Positions 51,059-62,553 are shown, counted from the stretch's first letter. The stretch is DNA of 64,000 nucleotides from an uncultured Actinomycetota bacterium (GCA_963746175.1 CAVVAH010000004.1:1349171-1413170), one strand, 5' to 3'. Notes: generated from the letters alone by a model not told the origin. Numbers and translations: made by a program.

Positions 51059-51174
51059 CCAGAGCCTCCTCGCTCGTCGCCGTACGCCGGCCGTCGCGCC
51101 GCTGCTCGGTAGTGTCGCGTACGCCGGGGTGGGCAGCGAACCCGGCAGGTGCCGACCAGGAGCGAGGTGAGCAC

Positions 51175-52602
51175 GTGGCCCCGCGTCGCGCGCTCGCCGT
51201 GACGGCGACCGCGGTGCTCGTCGCCGGCGCCGTCACCGTCGCCGGCCTGGACCTGACCGGTCACCTGCGCGGCGGGCTGGTCGCCGATCCCGCGTCGTCG
51301 GCCACACCGTCGGCGGCCCTCGACCCGCCGCGCGCACCGGCCGCCGACGTCCTTGTGCCGGAGCCCACGTCCGGTGCCGCGGCCGCGCCGGCCCTCGACG
51401 TCCCGGCGCTGGAGGCGGCGCTGCGGACCCCGGCCCTCGGGCCGTCGGCCGGCGCGGCCGTCGTCGACGTCGCCACCGGTGACCTGCTGCTCGACCAGGA
51501 CGCGAGCACGGCACGGGTCCCCGCGTCGGTGGCCAAGCTCGCGACCGGCGCCGCGGTGCTGCACTTCGCCGGATCCCAGCACCGGCTCGTCACCACGGTG
51601 GTCGCCGGAGCGACGGCGGCCGAGGTGGTGCTGGTCGGCGGCGGCGACGCGACGCTGACCACCCGCCGCCCGAAGGGGCCCGACGTGCCCCAGCGGGCCA
51701 GCCTCGCGGCGCTCGCCGACGCCACCGCCACGGCCCTCACCGGCACCGCCGGACGAGTCACCGTCTCCGTCGACGACTCGCTGTTCAGCGGCCCGTCCGT
51801 CTCGCCGGCCTGGCGCAGCAGCTACCTGCCCAGCGGGATCGTGTCGCCCGTGAGCGCTCTGTCGGTCGACGCCGGACGGGTGTCGCCCGGGTCGGTCGCG
51901 CGGTCGCCCGACCCGGCTCTCGCGGCGGGTGCGGACCTGGTCCGGCTGCTGCGCAAGCGGGGGGTCGACGTGGCGCCCGACGTCGCACGCGCCACGGCCC
52001 CCGCAGGTGCGCGCGAGCTGGCCCGGGTCGAGTCGCCGACCGTCGCCGAGCTCGTCGAGCTCGCCCTCCAGACGAGCGACAACGACCTCGCCGAGGCGCT
52101 GGCCCGGCTGGCGGCGGTGGCGTCCGACCGCCCCGGTTCCTTCGACGGCGCGCGCGAGGCGGTCGCCGCGGCGCTGAGCGAGCTCGGCGTACCGACCGAC
52201 GGGACGGTCCTGCTGGACGGCAGCGGGCTGGCGCGCGGGTCGCAGGTGGCCCCGCTCAGCCTGGCGCGGCTGCTGCAGACAGCGGCCGACGGCTCGCACC
52301 CCGACCTCGCGGCGCTGGTCGACGGCCTGCCGGTCGCCGGCTTCAGCGGCACGCTCGAGCTGCGGTACCTGACCGGTGCACCGCGGGCGGGCGCCGGAGT
52401 GGTGCGGGCGAAGACCGGCACTCTGACCGGGGTGTCGGCCCTCGCCGGCCTGACATCGGTCGCCGGTCGCCCGACGGTGCTCGTCACCATGGCCGACCAG
52501 GTGCCGGTCGGCGCGACCCTGCAGGCACGGGACGACCTCGACAGGTTTGCGGCGCTGCTGGCCTCGGAAGGGGCCGAAAATCCCCGCGCCGACGGAGATT
52601 GA
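51175..52602 (+). CDS. dacB: D-alanyl-D-alanine carboxypeptidase/endopeptidase (PBP4/DacB, S13 family)
   Basis: N-terminal TM/signal, Sxx[35 protein letters not shown] at 51175. Confidence 0.8.
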   Translation: MAPRRALAVTATAVLVAGAVTVAGLDLTGHLRGGLVADPASSATPSAALDPPRAPAADVLVPEPTSGAAAAPALDVPALEAALRTPALGPSAGAAVVDVATGDLLLDQDASTARVPASVAKLATGAAVLHFAGSQHRLVTTVVAGATAAEVVLVGGGDATLTTRRPKGPDVPQRASLAALADATATALTGTAGRVTVSVDDSLFSGPSVSPAWRSSYLPSGIVSPVSALSVDAGRVSPGSVARSPDPALAAGADLVRLLRKRGVDVAPDVARATAPAGARELARVESPTVAELVELALQTSDNDLAEALARLAAVASDRPGSFDGAREAVAAALSELGVPTDGTVLLDGSGLARGSQVAPLSLARLLQTAADGSHPDLAALVDGLPVAGFSGTLELRYLTGAPRAGAGVVRAKTGTLTGVSALAGLTSVAGRPTVLVTMADQVPVGATLQARDDLDRFAALLASEGAENPRADGD

Positions 52603-52650
52603 CGCTGCTGATCACGGGAACCATCGCCTTCGACCAAGGAGGTAGTACCC

Positions 52651-52794
52651 ATGCACATGCTTCTGTGGATCCTCGCCCTGCTGATCGGGATCTGGGGTGT
52701 CGTCACCCTCATCCGTGGTCAGGTCATCCTGGGCATCGTGCTCATCGTCGTGGCGCTGCTCGTCGGCCCCGGTGGCGTCAGCGTCTTCAACTAG
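52651..52794 (+). CDS. small membrane protein (47 aa, GPGG-type single/dual TM), not in the supplied ORF track
   Basis: Reads MHMLLWILALLIGIWGVVTLIRGQVILGIVLIVVALLVGPGGVSVFN. A strong AAGGAGG RBS lies 7 nt upstream. Confidence 0.45.
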   Translation: MHMLLWILALLIGIWGVVTLIRGQVILGIVLIVVALLVGPGGVSVFN

Positions 52795-52993
52795 CGCGTA
52801 GCACCCTGCCACTGCACGACAGCTCCGTCCCGCCGGCCGGGCCGGTCCGCACCCGCGGACCGGACCCGGCCGTCGGCATCCACCGGGAACTTCCCGGTGC
52901 CCGAACTCGATGAGCAGGAATGACCTCGTCTCCCGCTGTGGCTCGTCCCGCACGCCGCCGACCCGCACCCGCCGCACGACGTACGGTGAGCCG

Positions 52994-54100
52994 ATGAGCA
53001 CCTCGATGGTCGACTGGGACCTCGCCGTCGCGACCGGCCGCCGGCTGGTCAGCGCCGGTCCCACCGTCAGCCCCGGCGAGGCCCGGGAGGCCGTCGTCCA
53101 GCTGCGAGCCTTCGCCGCCGAGGCGCACGGCCACGTGGCGGCCTTCACCCGGCTGGACGCGCCGACCGACGGCGCCGCGGTGGCCGTGATCGACCGGCCC
53201 GGCTGGATCCAGGCCAACGCCGCGGGCTTCCGCACCGTCCTGGAACCGCTCGTCGAGAAGATCCAGGAGCGCCGCCCGCGCACCGCGTCGCCGATGTCGG
53301 ACGCCGTCGGGTCGAAGGTCACCGGGGTCCAGACCGGCTCGCTGCTGGCCTTCCTCGCGACCAAGGTCCTCGGCCAGTACGAGCTGTTCCCGCCGTACGG
53401 CGTGGACCCCGGCGACAAGCCGGGCCGGCTGCTCCTCGTCGCCCCGAACATCGTCTCGGCCGAGCGCGAGATGGGCGTCGACCCGCGCGACTTCCGGCTC
53501 TGGGTCTGCCTGCACGAGGAGACCCACCGGGTGCAGTTCGGCGCGGTGCCGTGGCTGCGCGCGCACATGATGGACGAGATCCGCGCCTTCGTCGGCGCGA
53601 CCGACGTCGACCCGGCAGCGGTCGCCGCCCGGCTCAAGGCGGCCGCGGCGGCGGCGTACGGCGCCATCAAGGACGGGTTCGACCCGGACAACGCCGAGGG
53701 CGGCTCGCTCGTCGAGGCCGTCCAGACCCCGGAGCAGCGTGAGATCCTCGACCGGATCACCGCGCTGATGTCACTGCTCGAGGGCCACGCCGACTACGTC
53801 ATGGACGGGGTGGGCCCGTCGGTCGTCCCGTCCGTGACGACGATCCGGACGAAGTTCCAGTCCCGCCGCCGAGATGCGACCCGGGTCGAGCACGTGATCC
53901 GCAGGCTGCTCGGGATCGATGCCAAGCTGCGGCAGTACCGCGACGGCGAGCGGTTCGTCCGCGGCGCGGTCGACCGGGTCGGCATGGACGGCTTCAACCA
54001 GGTCTGGGCCCGGCCTGCGAACCTCCCGACCAAGGACGAGATCGCCGACCCCGCCGCCTGGGTCACCCGCGTGACCGAGCAGAAGCAGCTCCCCGCCTGA
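52994..54100 (+). CDS. zinc-dependent metalloprotease (HEXXH; Rv3626c-like conserved actinobacterial family)
   Basis: HEETHRVQF zinc-binding motif. Position between dacB and tilS matches mycobacterial synteny. ATG at 52994. Confidence 0.75.
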   Translation: MSTSMVDWDLAVATGRRLVSAGPTVSPGEAREAVVQLRAFAAEAHGHVAAFTRLDAPTDGAAVAVIDRPGWIQANAAGFRTVLEPLVEKIQERRPRTASPMSDAVGSKVTGVQTGSLLAFLATKVLGQYELFPPYGVDPGDKPGRLLLVAPNIVSAEREMGVDPRDFRLWVCLHEETHRVQFGAVPWLRAHMMDEIRAFVGATDVDPAAVAARLKAAAAAAYGAIKDGFDPDNAEGGSLVEAVQTPEQREILDRITALMSLLEGHADYVMDGVGPSVVPSVTTIRTKFQSRRRDATRVEHVIRRLLGIDAKLRQYRDGERFVRGAVDRVGMDGFNQVWARPANLPTKDEIADPAAWVTRVTEQKQLPA

Positions 54101-54235
54101 CCCAAGCACCCCTGGCGATCGACCACGTATACGTGGTCGACGCGTGCTTGTCAGGGTGTCGATGCCACGACAAGCTCCCGTTCGCCCCGACAAGCTCGCG
54201 GCGGGCCTCGGGAGCGGGCGAGGCAGGATGGGGGC

Positions 54236-55219
54236 GTGGGTCCGCAGCCGGAGGTCGCCGCCGTACGCCGGGCGGTGCGCGCCGCGCTTGCGGACCTCGG
54301 ACCCGGCGACCTGGTGCTCGTCGCGTGCAGCGGGGGTGCCGACTCGGTGGCGCTGGCCGCGGCACTGGCGTTCGAGGCGACCAGTCCGCGCGGCGCCGGC
54401 GTCCTGGCCGGCGCCCTGACCGTCGACCACCGGCTGCAGACGGGGTCGGCCGACCGTGCCGGCAAGGTCGCGGCCGACCTGGCCGCGCTCGGGCTCGACC
54501 CGGTCGAGGTGCTCACGGTCGATGCCGGGGGACCCGGCGGCCCGGAGGCCGCGGCTCGCCGAGCCCGCTACCATGCGCTCGAGGCGGCCGCTGACCGGCT
54601 CGGAGCGGCCGCCGTCCTGCTCGGCCACACCCGCGACGACCAGGCCGAGACAGTCCTGCTCGGCCTGGCCCGCGGCAGCGGCGCACGCTCCCTGTCCGGG
54701 ATGGCCGCGGTGCGCGGCCGCTACCGCCGTCCGCTCCTCGACCTGCCGCGCGACACCGTGCGGGCCGCCGCCGCAGGCATGGCCACCTGGGACGACCCGC
54801 ACAACGCCGACCCGGCGTACGCGCGCAGCCGGGTCCGGCACAGCGCGCTTCCCGTGCTGGAGCGCACCCTCGGCCCGGGCGTCGCGGCCGCGCTGGCCCG
54901 CTCGGCGGCTCGGCTGCGCGCCGACGCCGACGCCCTCGACGACTGGGCAGCCCGGGCCCGTGACGAGGCGACCCGCGACGACGGGCTCGACGTCGCCGCC
55001 CTTGCCGCCCTGCCGTCGGCCGTCCGGACCCGGGTGCTGCGGCTGGCCGCGCTCATGGCCGGCGCCACGGCGTCCGACCTGTCCGCAGGGCACGTCGAGG
55101 CCCTGGACCGGCTGGTGACCGGCTGGCACGGGCAGGGCCCGCTGGACCTGCCGGGGGGCGTCGCAGCCGCCCGGGCGTGTGGGACGCTGACGCTCTCCCG
55201 GCCACCCCGCCGCACCTGA
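54236..55219 (+). CDS. tilS: tRNA(Ile)-lysidine synthetase
   Basis: PP-loop SGGADS ([14 protein letters not shown]), followed by hpt as in many Actinobacteria. GTG start. Confidence 0.85.
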   Translation: MGPQPEVAAVRRAVRAALADLGPGDLVLVACSGGADSVALAAALAFEATSPRGAGVLAGALTVDHRLQTGSADRAGKVAADLAALGLDPVEVLTVDAGGPGGPEAAARRARYHALEAAADRLGAAAVLLGHTRDDQAETVLLGLARGSGARSLSGMAAVRGRYRRPLLDLPRDTVRAAAAGMATWDDPHNADPAYARSRVRHSALPVLERTLGPGVAAALARSAARLRADADALDDWAARARDEATRDDGLDVAALAALPSAVRTRVLRLAALMAGATASDLSAGHVEALDRLVTGWHGQGPLDLPGGVAAARACGTLTLSRPPRRT

Positions 55220-55232
55220 GGAGCACCCCCGC

Positions 55233-55787
55233 GTGGACGAGAAGGACCTGGGCACCGACCTCGAGAAGGTGCTCATCAGCGAGGAGCAGATACGGACCCG
55301 GCTGGCCGAGATGGCCGCCGAGATCGCCGTCGACTACGAGGGCCGCGACGTCCTGCTCGTCGGCGTCCTCAAGGGCGCGGTGATGGTCATGGCCGACCTG
55401 GCCCGGGCGATCCCGTCGCACGTCGAGATGGACTGGATGGCGGTCTCGTCGTACGGCTCGGGCACCAAGTCCTCCGGCGTGGTCCGCATCCTCAAGGACC
55501 TCGACCGCGACATCACCGGCCGGCACGTGCTGATCGTCGAGGACATCATCGACTCCGGGCTCACGCTGTCGTGGCTGATGTCCAACCTCGGCTCGCGAGG
55601 CCCCGCCTCGGTCGAGGTGTGCACCCTGCTGCGCAAGCCGGACGCCGCGCAGGTCGACGTCCCGGTCCGCTACGTCGGCTTCGACATCCCCAACGAGTTC
55701 GTCGTCGGCTACGGGCTCGACTACGCCGAGCGCTACCGCAACGTCCCGTTCGTCGGCACGCTCGCGCCGCACGTCTACTCCTCCTGA
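55233..55787 (+). CDS. hpt: hypoxanthine phosphoribosyltransferase
   Basis: PRPP-binding motif [14 protein letters not shown]. 184 aa. Confidence 0.9.
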   Translation: MDEKDLGTDLEKVLISEEQIRTRLAEMAAEIAVDYEGRDVLLVGVLKGAVMVMADLARAIPSHVEMDWMAVSSYGSGTKSSGVVRILKDLDRDITGRHVLIVEDIIDSGLTLSWLMSNLGSRGPASVEVCTLLRKPDAAQVDVPVRYVGFDIPNEFVVGYGLDYAERYRNVPFVGTLAPHVYSS

Positions 55788-56029
55788 GGGGGCGCCAGCC
55801 TCCTCATGACCCAGCGCCCGGACGTCGCTGCGGGCTGATCTGTTCGCTCCGCGCGGACGGGTGGGCGCGACCGCGCGGGAACGTCGGGCGGTCGCCCGGG
55901 CGTTGAGCGGGTGTCGGGCGCCGGCCGCAGAGGGCGGACGGCGTCACCCCGCGTGCATGTGCCGGGGTACCCTCGAGGTCCGACTCACCCACGCCTGGCA
56001 GGAGGGACGGGGCGACCCGCCCCGGTTCG

Positions 56030-58063
56030 ATGGACGTCAAACGCTACTTCCGAGGGCCCGTCGTGTGGGTCCTGCTGGTCATCGTCGCCGTACTGCTGGT
56101 GACCTCCATCTCGTCTGCCGCGGGTGGGTTCAAGAAGGTCGACACCTCCATCGCCGTCGCGCAGATCAACGACGGCAACGTCAACACCGCCAAGCTCGTC
56201 GACCGCGACCAGCGGATCGAGCTCGAGCTCAAGAAGCCGCTGCCGGGCAGCAGCGACACCAAGATCCAGGCCGACTACGTGCAGGCCCGCCAGCGTGAGC
56301 TGATCGCCGCCCTCGACCGGCACCCGCCCGAGAAGTACACCGACAGCGTGCCGACGCGCAGCATCTGGGTGTCCTTCCTGTTCAGCTTCCTGCCGATCAT
56401 CGTGCTGATCGCGCTGTTCCTGTTCTTCTTCAACCAGATGCAGGGCGGCGGCAGCCGGGTCATGCAGTTCGGCAAGTCCAAGGCCAAGCTGATCAGCAAG
56501 GACACCCCGAAGACGACGTTCAAGGACGTCGCCGGGGCGGACGAGGCCGTGGAGGAGCTCGAGGAGATCAAGGAGTTCCTCGAGAACCCCGCCAAGTTCC
56601 AGGCTATCGGCGCCAAGATCCCCAAGGGTGTCCTGCTGTACGGCCCGCCCGGCACCGGCAAGACGCTGCTGGCCCGCGCGGTGGCCGGCGAGGCGGGCGT
56701 GCCGTTCTACTCCATCTCCGGCTCCGACTTCGTCGAGATGTTCGTCGGTGTCGGCGCCAGCCGGGTGCGCGACCTGTTCGAGCAGGCCAAGTCGAACGCC
56801 CCGGCGATCGTCTTCGTCGACGAGATCGACGCCGTCGGCCGGCACCGCGGTGCCGGCATGGGCGGCGGCCACGACGAGCGCGAGCAGACCCTCAACCAGC
56901 TGCTCGTCGAGATGGACGGCTTCGACGTCAAGGGCGGCGTCATCCTCATCGCGGCCACCAACCGGCCCGACATCCTCGACCCGGCGCTGCTGCGCCCGGG
57001 CCGCTTCGACCGCCAGATCGCCGTCGACCGCCCCGACCTCCAGGGCCGCAACAAGATCCTCGAGGTGCACGCCAAGGGCAAGCCGCTCGCCGAGGGCATC
57101 GACCTGAGGGCGTTCGCCCGCCGGACCCCGGGCTTCACCGGGGCCGACCTGGCCAACGTCCTCAACGAGGCGGCCCTGCTGACCGCCCGCTCCGACAAGA
57201 AGCTCATCGACGCCGACGCGCTGGACGAGGCCATCGACCGCGTGGTCGCGGGGCCGCAGAAGCGCACCCGGATCATGAGCGAGAAGGAGAAGAAGATCAC
57301 GGCGTACCACGAGGGTGGTCACGCCCTGGTCGCCGCGGCGCTGCAGAACACCGACCCGGTGCACAAGATCACCATCCTGTCCCGCGGGCGGGCCCTCGGC
57401 TACACGATGGTGCTGCCGGACGAGGACAAGTACTCCACGACGCGCAACGAGATGCTCGACCAGCTGGCGTACATGCTGGGCGGCCGCGCGGCCGAGGAGA
57501 TCGTGTTCCACGACCCGACCACGGGTGCCGCCAACGACATCGAGAAGGCCACCAGCGTGGCCCGCGCGATGGTCACGCAGTACGGCATGACCGAGCGGAT
57601 CGGCGCCATCAAGCTGGGCTCGGAGAACGCCGAGCCGTTCCTCGGTCGCGACATGGGGCACCAGCGCGACTACTCCGAGGAGGTCGCCGGCGTGGTCGAC
57701 GAGGAGGTCAAGCGCCTCATCGAGACCGCGCACGACGAGGCCTGGCAGATCCTTGTCGACAACCGCGACATCCTCGACGACATGGTGCTCGAGCTGCTCG
57801 AGAAGGAGACGCTCGACAAGGCCCAGGTCGCCGAGGTCTTCGCCCACGTCCGCAAGCGGCCGCCGCGTCCGGCGTGGACCGGCTCCGCCAAGCGCAGCCC
57901 GCAGGCCGGCCCGATCATGACGCCCAAGGAGCTCGCGTCACCGAACGGCAGCAACGGGCAGGACAAGGAGCACAGCATGGGCATCACCGAGCCCACCGAC
58001 GTGCCCGACTCCCCGCTGCCGTCCGACGACGTCCCCGGGCGTCCGCTGGGGTTCGAGGGCTGA
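56030..58063 (+). CDS. ftsH: ATP-dependent zinc metalloprotease FtsH
   Basis: Two N-terminal TM helices. AAA Walker A GPPGTGKT, Walker [12 protein letters not shown]. Protease HEGGHA zinc site. Acidic C-terminal tail. Confidence 0.95.
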   Translation: MDVKRYFRGPVVWVLLVIVAVLLVTSISSAAGGFKKVDTSIAVAQINDGNVNTAKLVDRDQRIELELKKPLPGSSDTKIQADYVQARQRELIAALDRHPPEKYTDSVPTRSIWVSFLFSFLPIIVLIALFLFFFNQMQGGGSRVMQFGKSKAKLISKDTPKTTFKDVAGADEAVEELEEIKEFLENPAKFQAIGAKIPKGVLLYGPPGTGKTLLARAVAGEAGVPFYSISGSDFVEMFVGVGASRVRDLFEQAKSNAPAIVFVDEIDAVGRHRGAGMGGGHDEREQTLNQLLVEMDGFDVKGGVILIAATNRPDILDPALLRPGRFDRQIAVDRPDLQGRNKILEVHAKGKPLAEGIDLRAFARRTPGFTGADLANVLNEAALLTARSDKKLIDADALDEAIDRVVAGPQKRTRIMSEKEKKITAYHEGGHALVAAALQNTDPVHKITILSRGRALGYTMVLPDEDKYSTTRNEMLDQLAYMLGGRAAEEIVFHDPTTGAANDIEKATSVARAMVTQYGMTERIGAIKLGSENAEPFLGRDMGHQRDYSEEVAGVVDEEVKRLIETAHDEAWQILVDNRDILDDMVLELLEKETLDKAQVAEVFAHVRKRPPRPAWTGSAKRSPQAGPIMTPKELASPNGSNGQDKEHSMGITEPTDVPDSPLPSDDVPGRPLGFEG

Positions 58064-58069
58064 GCGGAC

Positions 58070-58642
58070 TTGGTCCGCGAGTACGACCACGAGGCCGTTC
58101 GGCGTGCCGTCCGCGACCTCCTCGTCGGCATCGGCGAGGACCCGGACCGCGACGGGCTGAAGCAGACGCCTGAGCGGGTGGCGCGCGCGTACCTCGAGAT
58201 CTTCGGCGGGCTCTGGCAGGAGCCCGAGGACGTGCTCACGACGACCTTCGACCTCGGCCATGACGAGATGGTCCTGGTCAAGGACATCGAGGTCCGTTCG
58301 ATGTGTGAGCATCACCTCGTTCCCTTCTTCGGGGTGGCGCACGTCGGCTACATCCCGTCCGCCGACGGCCGGATCACCGGCCTGTCGAAGCTCGCGCGCC
58401 TGGTCGACGTCTACGCCCGCCGGCCGCAGGTGCAGGAGCGGATGACGACCCAGGTGGCCGACTCGATGATGCGGATCCTCGAGCCGCGCGGCGCGATCGT
58501 CGTGGTCGAGTGCGAGCACCTCTGCATGTCGATGCGCGGCATCCGCAAGCCGGGTGCGACCACGGTGACCTCCGCGGTCCGCGGCCAGCTGCGCGACCCC
58601 ACGACCCGGGCCGAGGCGATGAGCCTCATCGTGTCCCGATGA
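58070..58642 (+). CDS. folE: GTP cyclohydrolase I
   Basis: Active-site region [10 protein letters not shown] and [17 protein letters not shown]-type start at 58070. Confidence 0.95.
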   Translation: MVREYDHEAVRRAVRDLLVGIGEDPDRDGLKQTPERVARAYLEIFGGLWQEPEDVLTTTFDLGHDEMVLVKDIEVRSMCEHHLVPFFGVAHVGYIPSADGRITGLSKLARLVDVYARRPQVQERMTTQVADSMMRILEPRGAIVVVECEHLCMSMRGIRKPGATTVTSAVRGQLRDPTTRAEAMSLIVSR

Positions 58643-59538
58643 CCGGTGCGACCACCGCGATCCCACCGCGGTCGCCCTCGGGGCTGCCCGCGTCGTTGAC
58701 CGGGCTCCGCCGGACGCTCGTCATGGGCGTCGTCAACGTCACGCCGGACTCGTTCTCCGACGGCGGGGACTACCTCGACCCGGGCCGCGCCGTGGCGCAC
58801 GGGACCGAGCTGGTCGCCGACGGCGCCGACCTGGTCGACGTCGGCGGCGAGTCCACCCGGCCCGGCGCGCACCGCGTCGATGCCGACGAGGAGCTGCGCC
58901 GGGTGCTGCCGGTCGTGCGCGGGCTGGTCGCCGAAGGTGTCGTGGTGAGCATCGACACCATGCGCGCCGACGTGGCAGCCGCCTGCCTCGACGCCGGCGC
59001 GTCCGTGGTCAACGACGTCAGCGGCGGTCTGGCCGACGACGGGATGGCCGCCGTGGTCGCCGCTGCGCGGACGCCGTACGTCGCGATGCACTGGCGCGGC
59101 CACAGCGTCGACATGGACAGCCGGGCCGTCTACGCCGACGTCACCACCGAGGTCGTCGACGAGCTGCGCGGCCGGCTGGACGCGCTCGAGGCGGCCGGAG
59201 TCGACCTCGACCGCGTCGTCGTCGACCCCGGCCTCGGCTTCGCCAAGGACGCCGGGCAGAGCTGGACGGTCCTCGCGCGGCTCGCCGAGCTGGACGTCCT
59301 CGGCCGGCCGGTGCTGGTCGGTGCCTCGCGCAAGGGCTTCCTCGGCCGGCTGCTCGCCGGCCCGGACGGCACCCCGCGCCCGGCGGCCGAGCGGGAGGAC
59401 GCGACCACCGCCGTCTCGACGCTCGCCGCCGCGCACGGCGCGTGGGCGGTCCGGGTGCACCAGGCCCGGGCGAGCCGCGACGCGGTCGAGGTCGTGGCCG
59501 CGATCGCGTCCGCGCGCAGCGGCTGGGCGGCGCCGTGA
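58639..59538 (+). CDS. folP: dihydropteroate synthase
   Basis: Pterin-binding TIM-barrel motifs ([14 protein letters not shown]; [10 protein letters not shown]; [11 protein letters not shown]). ATG overlaps the folE stop. Confidence 0.9.
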   Translation: MTGATTAIPPRSPSGLPASLTGLRRTLVMGVVNVTPDSFSDGGDYLDPGRAVAHGTELVADGADLVDVGGESTRPGAHRVDADEELRRVLPVVRGLVAEGVVVSIDTMRADVAAACLDAGASVVNDVSGGLADDGMAAVVAAARTPYVAMHWRGHSVDMDSRAVYADVTTEVVDELRGRLDALEAAGVDLDRVVVDPGLGFAKDAGQSWTVLARLAELDVLGRPVLVGASRKGFLGRLLAGPDGTPRPAAEREDATTAVSTLAAAHGAWAVRVHQARASRDAVEVVAAIASARSGWAAP

Positions 59539-59993
59539 CGTCGTCCGACGCGACGGCCGTGCTGCGCGCCAACCAGTCGCTCTACGACGCCTTCGAGACC
59601 GGTGACGCCGACCTGATGGCCGCGCTGTGGCTGGACGGTCCCGACGCCGCGACCGTGAGCTGCGTGCACCCGGGCTGGTCGCCGCTGCACGGCCGCGAGA
59701 CGGTGCTGCGGTCCTGGACGATGATCATGGCCAACACCTCGTTCATCCAGTTCGTGCTCACCGACGTGGAGGTGACCGTGGCCGGCGAGGTCGCCGTCGT
59801 CACCTGCGGCGAGAACATGCTCACCGGGCTGGACGACGTCACCGGCGGCGACATCGGCGGCCTCGCCGGTGGCCGCGCGGTCGCGACGAACGTGTTCCGC
59901 CGTACGCCGGCGGGCTGGCGGCTCTGGGTGCACCACGCGTCGCCGGTGCTGACCCGGCAGGACGCCGACATCGAGGTCGACCGTGAGCAGTGA
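59535..59993 (+). CDS. nuclear-transport-factor-2/SnoaL-like (DUF4440-type) small protein inserted in the fol operon
   Basis: 152 aa. GTG overlaps the folP stop and the next gene's GTG overlaps its end. Fold inferred from size and pattern (LYDAFETGDADLMAALW...W). Confidence 0.6.
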   Translation: MTSSDATAVLRANQSLYDAFETGDADLMAALWLDGPDAATVSCVHPGWSPLHGRETVLRSWTMIMANTSFIQFVLTDVEVTVAGEVAVVTCGENMLTGLDDVTGGDIGGLAGGRAVATNVFRRTPAGWRLWVHHASPVLTRQDADIEVDREQ

Positions 59994-60348
59994 CCGGATC
60001 GCCGTCCGCGGGATCGAGGCCTTCGGCCACCACGGCGTCTACGCCGAGGAGCGGGCGGCCGGGCAGCCCTTCGTCGTCGACGTCGTGCTGACGCTCGACC
60101 TCGCTCCGGCGGCCACCTCCGACGACGTCGCCGACACGGTGCACTACGGCGAGCTCGCGAAGCAGGTCGTCGCCGCTGTCGGCCGCGACCCGGTCGACCT
60201 GGTCGAGACGCTGGCCCAGCGGATCGCGGACCTGGCCCTGGCGTACCCGCTCGTCGAGCAGGTCGAGGTGACCGTGCACAAGCCGGAGGCGCCGGTCGGC
60301 GTCCCCTTCGAGGACGTCGCCGTGACGATCGTGCGGATCCGCACGTGA
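59983..60348 (+). CDS. folB: dihydroneopterin aldolase
   Basis: 121 aa. GxExFGHHGVYxEE motif (IAVRGIEAFGHHGVYAEERAAGQPF). Confidence 0.85.
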   Translation: MSSDRIAVRGIEAFGHHGVYAEERAAGQPFVVDVVLTLDLAPAATSDDVADTVHYGELAKQVVAAVGRDPVDLVETLAQRIADLALAYPLVEQVEVTVHKPEAPVGVPFEDVAVTIVRIRT

Positions 60349-60866
60349 ACGCCCAGGAGCCCGTCCGCCGGGTCGTGCTGGCGCTCGGCAGCAACCTCGG
60401 CGACCGCCTCGAGCTGCTGCAGGGCGCGGTCGACGCGCTCGCCGACACCCCAGGGCTGCGGCTGGTCGGTGTCTCGCCCGTCTACGAGACCGACCCGGTG
60501 GGCGGTCCGGACCAGCCCGACTACCTCAACGCCGTCGTCGTGGCCGAGGGGCGGCACTCGCCCCGGACCCTGCTCGAGCGCGCGCTGGCCGTCGAGGACG
60601 CCTTCGATCGCGAGCGCGAGGTCCGGTGGGGCCCGCGGACCCTCGACGTGGACGTGGTCGCCGTCGGCGACCTCGAGGTACGCGAGCCGGACCTGGAGGT
60701 GCCGCACCCGCGGGCCGCCGAGCGGGCGTTCGTCCTGGTGCCGTGGCTCGACGTCGACGCGGCGGCGGAGCTGCCCGGTGCCGGCCCGGTCGCGGCGCTG
60801 GTCGAACGGCTCGGGCGGGACGGCGTGCGCCGCCGCGACGACCTGGACCTGGTCGTCCCGTCGTGA
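60345..60866 (+). CDS. folK: 2-amino-4-hydroxy-6-hydroxymethyldihydropteridine pyrophosphokinase
   Basis: HPPK motifs (LALGSNLGDR; GPRTLDVDVV). ATG overlaps the folB stop. Confidence 0.9.
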   Translation: MNAQEPVRRVVLALGSNLGDRLELLQGAVDALADTPGLRLVGVSPVYETDPVGGPDQPDYLNAVVVAEGRHSPRTLLERALAVEDAFDREREVRWGPRTLDVDVVAVGDLEVREPDLEVPHPRAAERAFVLVPWLDVDAAAELPGAGPVAALVERLGRDGVRRRDDLDLVVPS

Positions 60867-60900
60867 GGCGAGTGCCCGGGGCGGCCGTGCGAGGCGGCCG

Positions 60901-61371
60901 GTGAGACCGACCCGGGTGGGAACCCTGGTCGCGCTGCTCGTCTGCGTCGGTGCGGTGTCGTGGGGGGTGCTCGCGGTCATGTCGGACCGCGGCAGCACGC
61001 TGCCGCCGCTCACCTGGTCCGCCCCGGCGGGCGTCGCGCTGCTCGCGGTCGTCGTGCTCGTCGCCACGCTGGCGCTGCGGTCCCGCCTGGACCGGCCGGA
61101 GAAGCGCCCGCACCCGCTGGCGATGGCCCGGATGGCCGTGCTCGGCAAGGCCAGTGCGCACGTGGGGCCGGTCGTCGGCGGCCTCTACGCCGGCTACCTG
61201 CTGGTGCTGCTGCCCGGGCTGGAGATCGACGCCCGGCGCGAGCGGGCGATCCTCTGCCTGGTGGCGCTGATAGCCGCCGTCGGCCTGTCGCTGGCCGGCC
61301 TCCTGCTGGAGAGGACGTGCCGGGTGCCCCCGGCCGACACCGAGGACAACCTCCCCGCCGCCCGCGCCTAG
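60901..61371 (+). CDS. DUF3180-like membrane protein (Rv3605c-like, conserved after folK)
   Basis: 156 aa, 4 TM helices. GTG at 60901 follows GAGGCGG. Placed by synteny. Confidence 0.6.
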   Translation: MRPTRVGTLVALLVCVGAVSWGVLAVMSDRGSTLPPLTWSAPAGVALLAVVVLVATLALRSRLDRPEKRPHPLAMARMAVLGKASAHVGPVVGGLYAGYLLVLLPGLEIDARRERAILCLVALIAAVGLSLAGLLLERTCRVPPADTEDNLPAARA

Positions 61372-61388
61372 AGGACAAGTCACGGGGG

Positions 61389-62545
61389 TCAGGCGGTGGG
61401 GACGGTCTCCAGCTCGACGGCGTCCGGGTCGACGCCGCGGACGTCGGACTCGACCGACCGGCGCAGCGCCTCGTGCAGGGTGGCCGGGGTCAGCACGCCG
61501 ACGTAGCGGTCGCCGTCGAGCACGGCTACCCAGCCCGCGTCGTGCTGCAGCATCTCGGCGAAGGCCGCCTTGAGCGACGAGCCGGTGGGCAGCCACGCCT
61601 CCATCCGCTTCGCCCGGTCGGCGACCGTGCCGTCGCCGGACTCGTCGGCGGCGAACCACCCGTGCAGGGTGTCGTCGCTCGTCGAGGACGACGCCCCAAC
61701 GGGCGCCGGTCTTGCGCAGCGCTGCCGTCGCGTCGGCGACGTGGTCGTCGCCGTGCACGATCGGCGGGTGCTCGAGGTCCCTCTCGGTGATCGGGGTGAC
61801 CGACAGCCGCTTGAGACCGCGGTCGCTCCCGACGAAGCTCGCCACGAAGTCGGTGGCCGGCGCGCCGAGCAGACGGGGCGGGGCGTCGTACTGCTCGAGG
61901 TGGCCGCCCTCGGAGAACACCGCGATGCGGTCGCCCATCCGCACCGCCTCGTCGAGGTCGTGCGTGACGAACAGCACCGTCTTGCGCACCTCGCGCTGCA
62001 GCCGGATGAACTCGGCCTGCAGCCGCTCGCGCACGATCGGGTCGACGGCGCCGAACGGCTCGTCCATCAGCAGCACCGGCGGGTCCGCCGCCAGGGCACG
62101 TGCCACGCCGACGCGCTGCCGCTGGCCGCCGGAGAGCTGGTGCGGGTACCGCTTGGCGTAGCGCGCGGGGTCGAGCCCGACGAGGTCGAGCAGCTCGTGC
62201 ACCCGGGAGTCGACCTTCTTGCGGTCCCAGCCGAGCAGCTTCGGGACCGTCGCGACGTTGGCCGCGATGGTCTGGTGCGGGAACAGCCCGGTCTGCTGGA
62301 TGACGTAGCCCATCCGCCGGCGCAGCTTGACCGGGTCGACGTGCGTGACGTCCTCTCCCTCGAAGCAGGATCCGTCCGCTGGTCGGCTCGATCAGCCGGT
62401 TGACCATCTTCAACGTCGTCGACTTGCCGCAGCCGGAGGGCCCGACGAGGACGACGGTCTCACCCTCGGGGACGTCGAGGTCCAGCTCGTGCACGGCGAC
62501 GGTGCCGTCCTCGTACCGCTTGCCGACGCCGTCGAGACGGATCAT
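61389..62545 (-). pseudogene. glycine-betaine/proline-type ABC transporter ATP-binding protein (OpuAA/ProV-like with C-terminal CBS domains), split into three frames by two apparent indels
   Basis: Frame 1 has Walker A GPSGCGKST up to ...PTSGRILL. Frame 2 has Q-loop, LSGGQRQRV signature, Walker B LLMDEP and H-loop FVTHD. Frame 3 has the CBS-containing C-terminus (DDTLHGWFAADESGDG...VAVLDGDRYVGVLT). Junctions lie near 62360-62372 and 61676-61682. Confidence 0.7.
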
Positions 62546-62553
62546 CGGTTCGC

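Noticed and set aside
55788-56029. Possible leader element upstream of ftsH
   Set aside because: It is GC-rich with no recognisable conserved structure or repeats. It looks like an ordinary 5' UTR.
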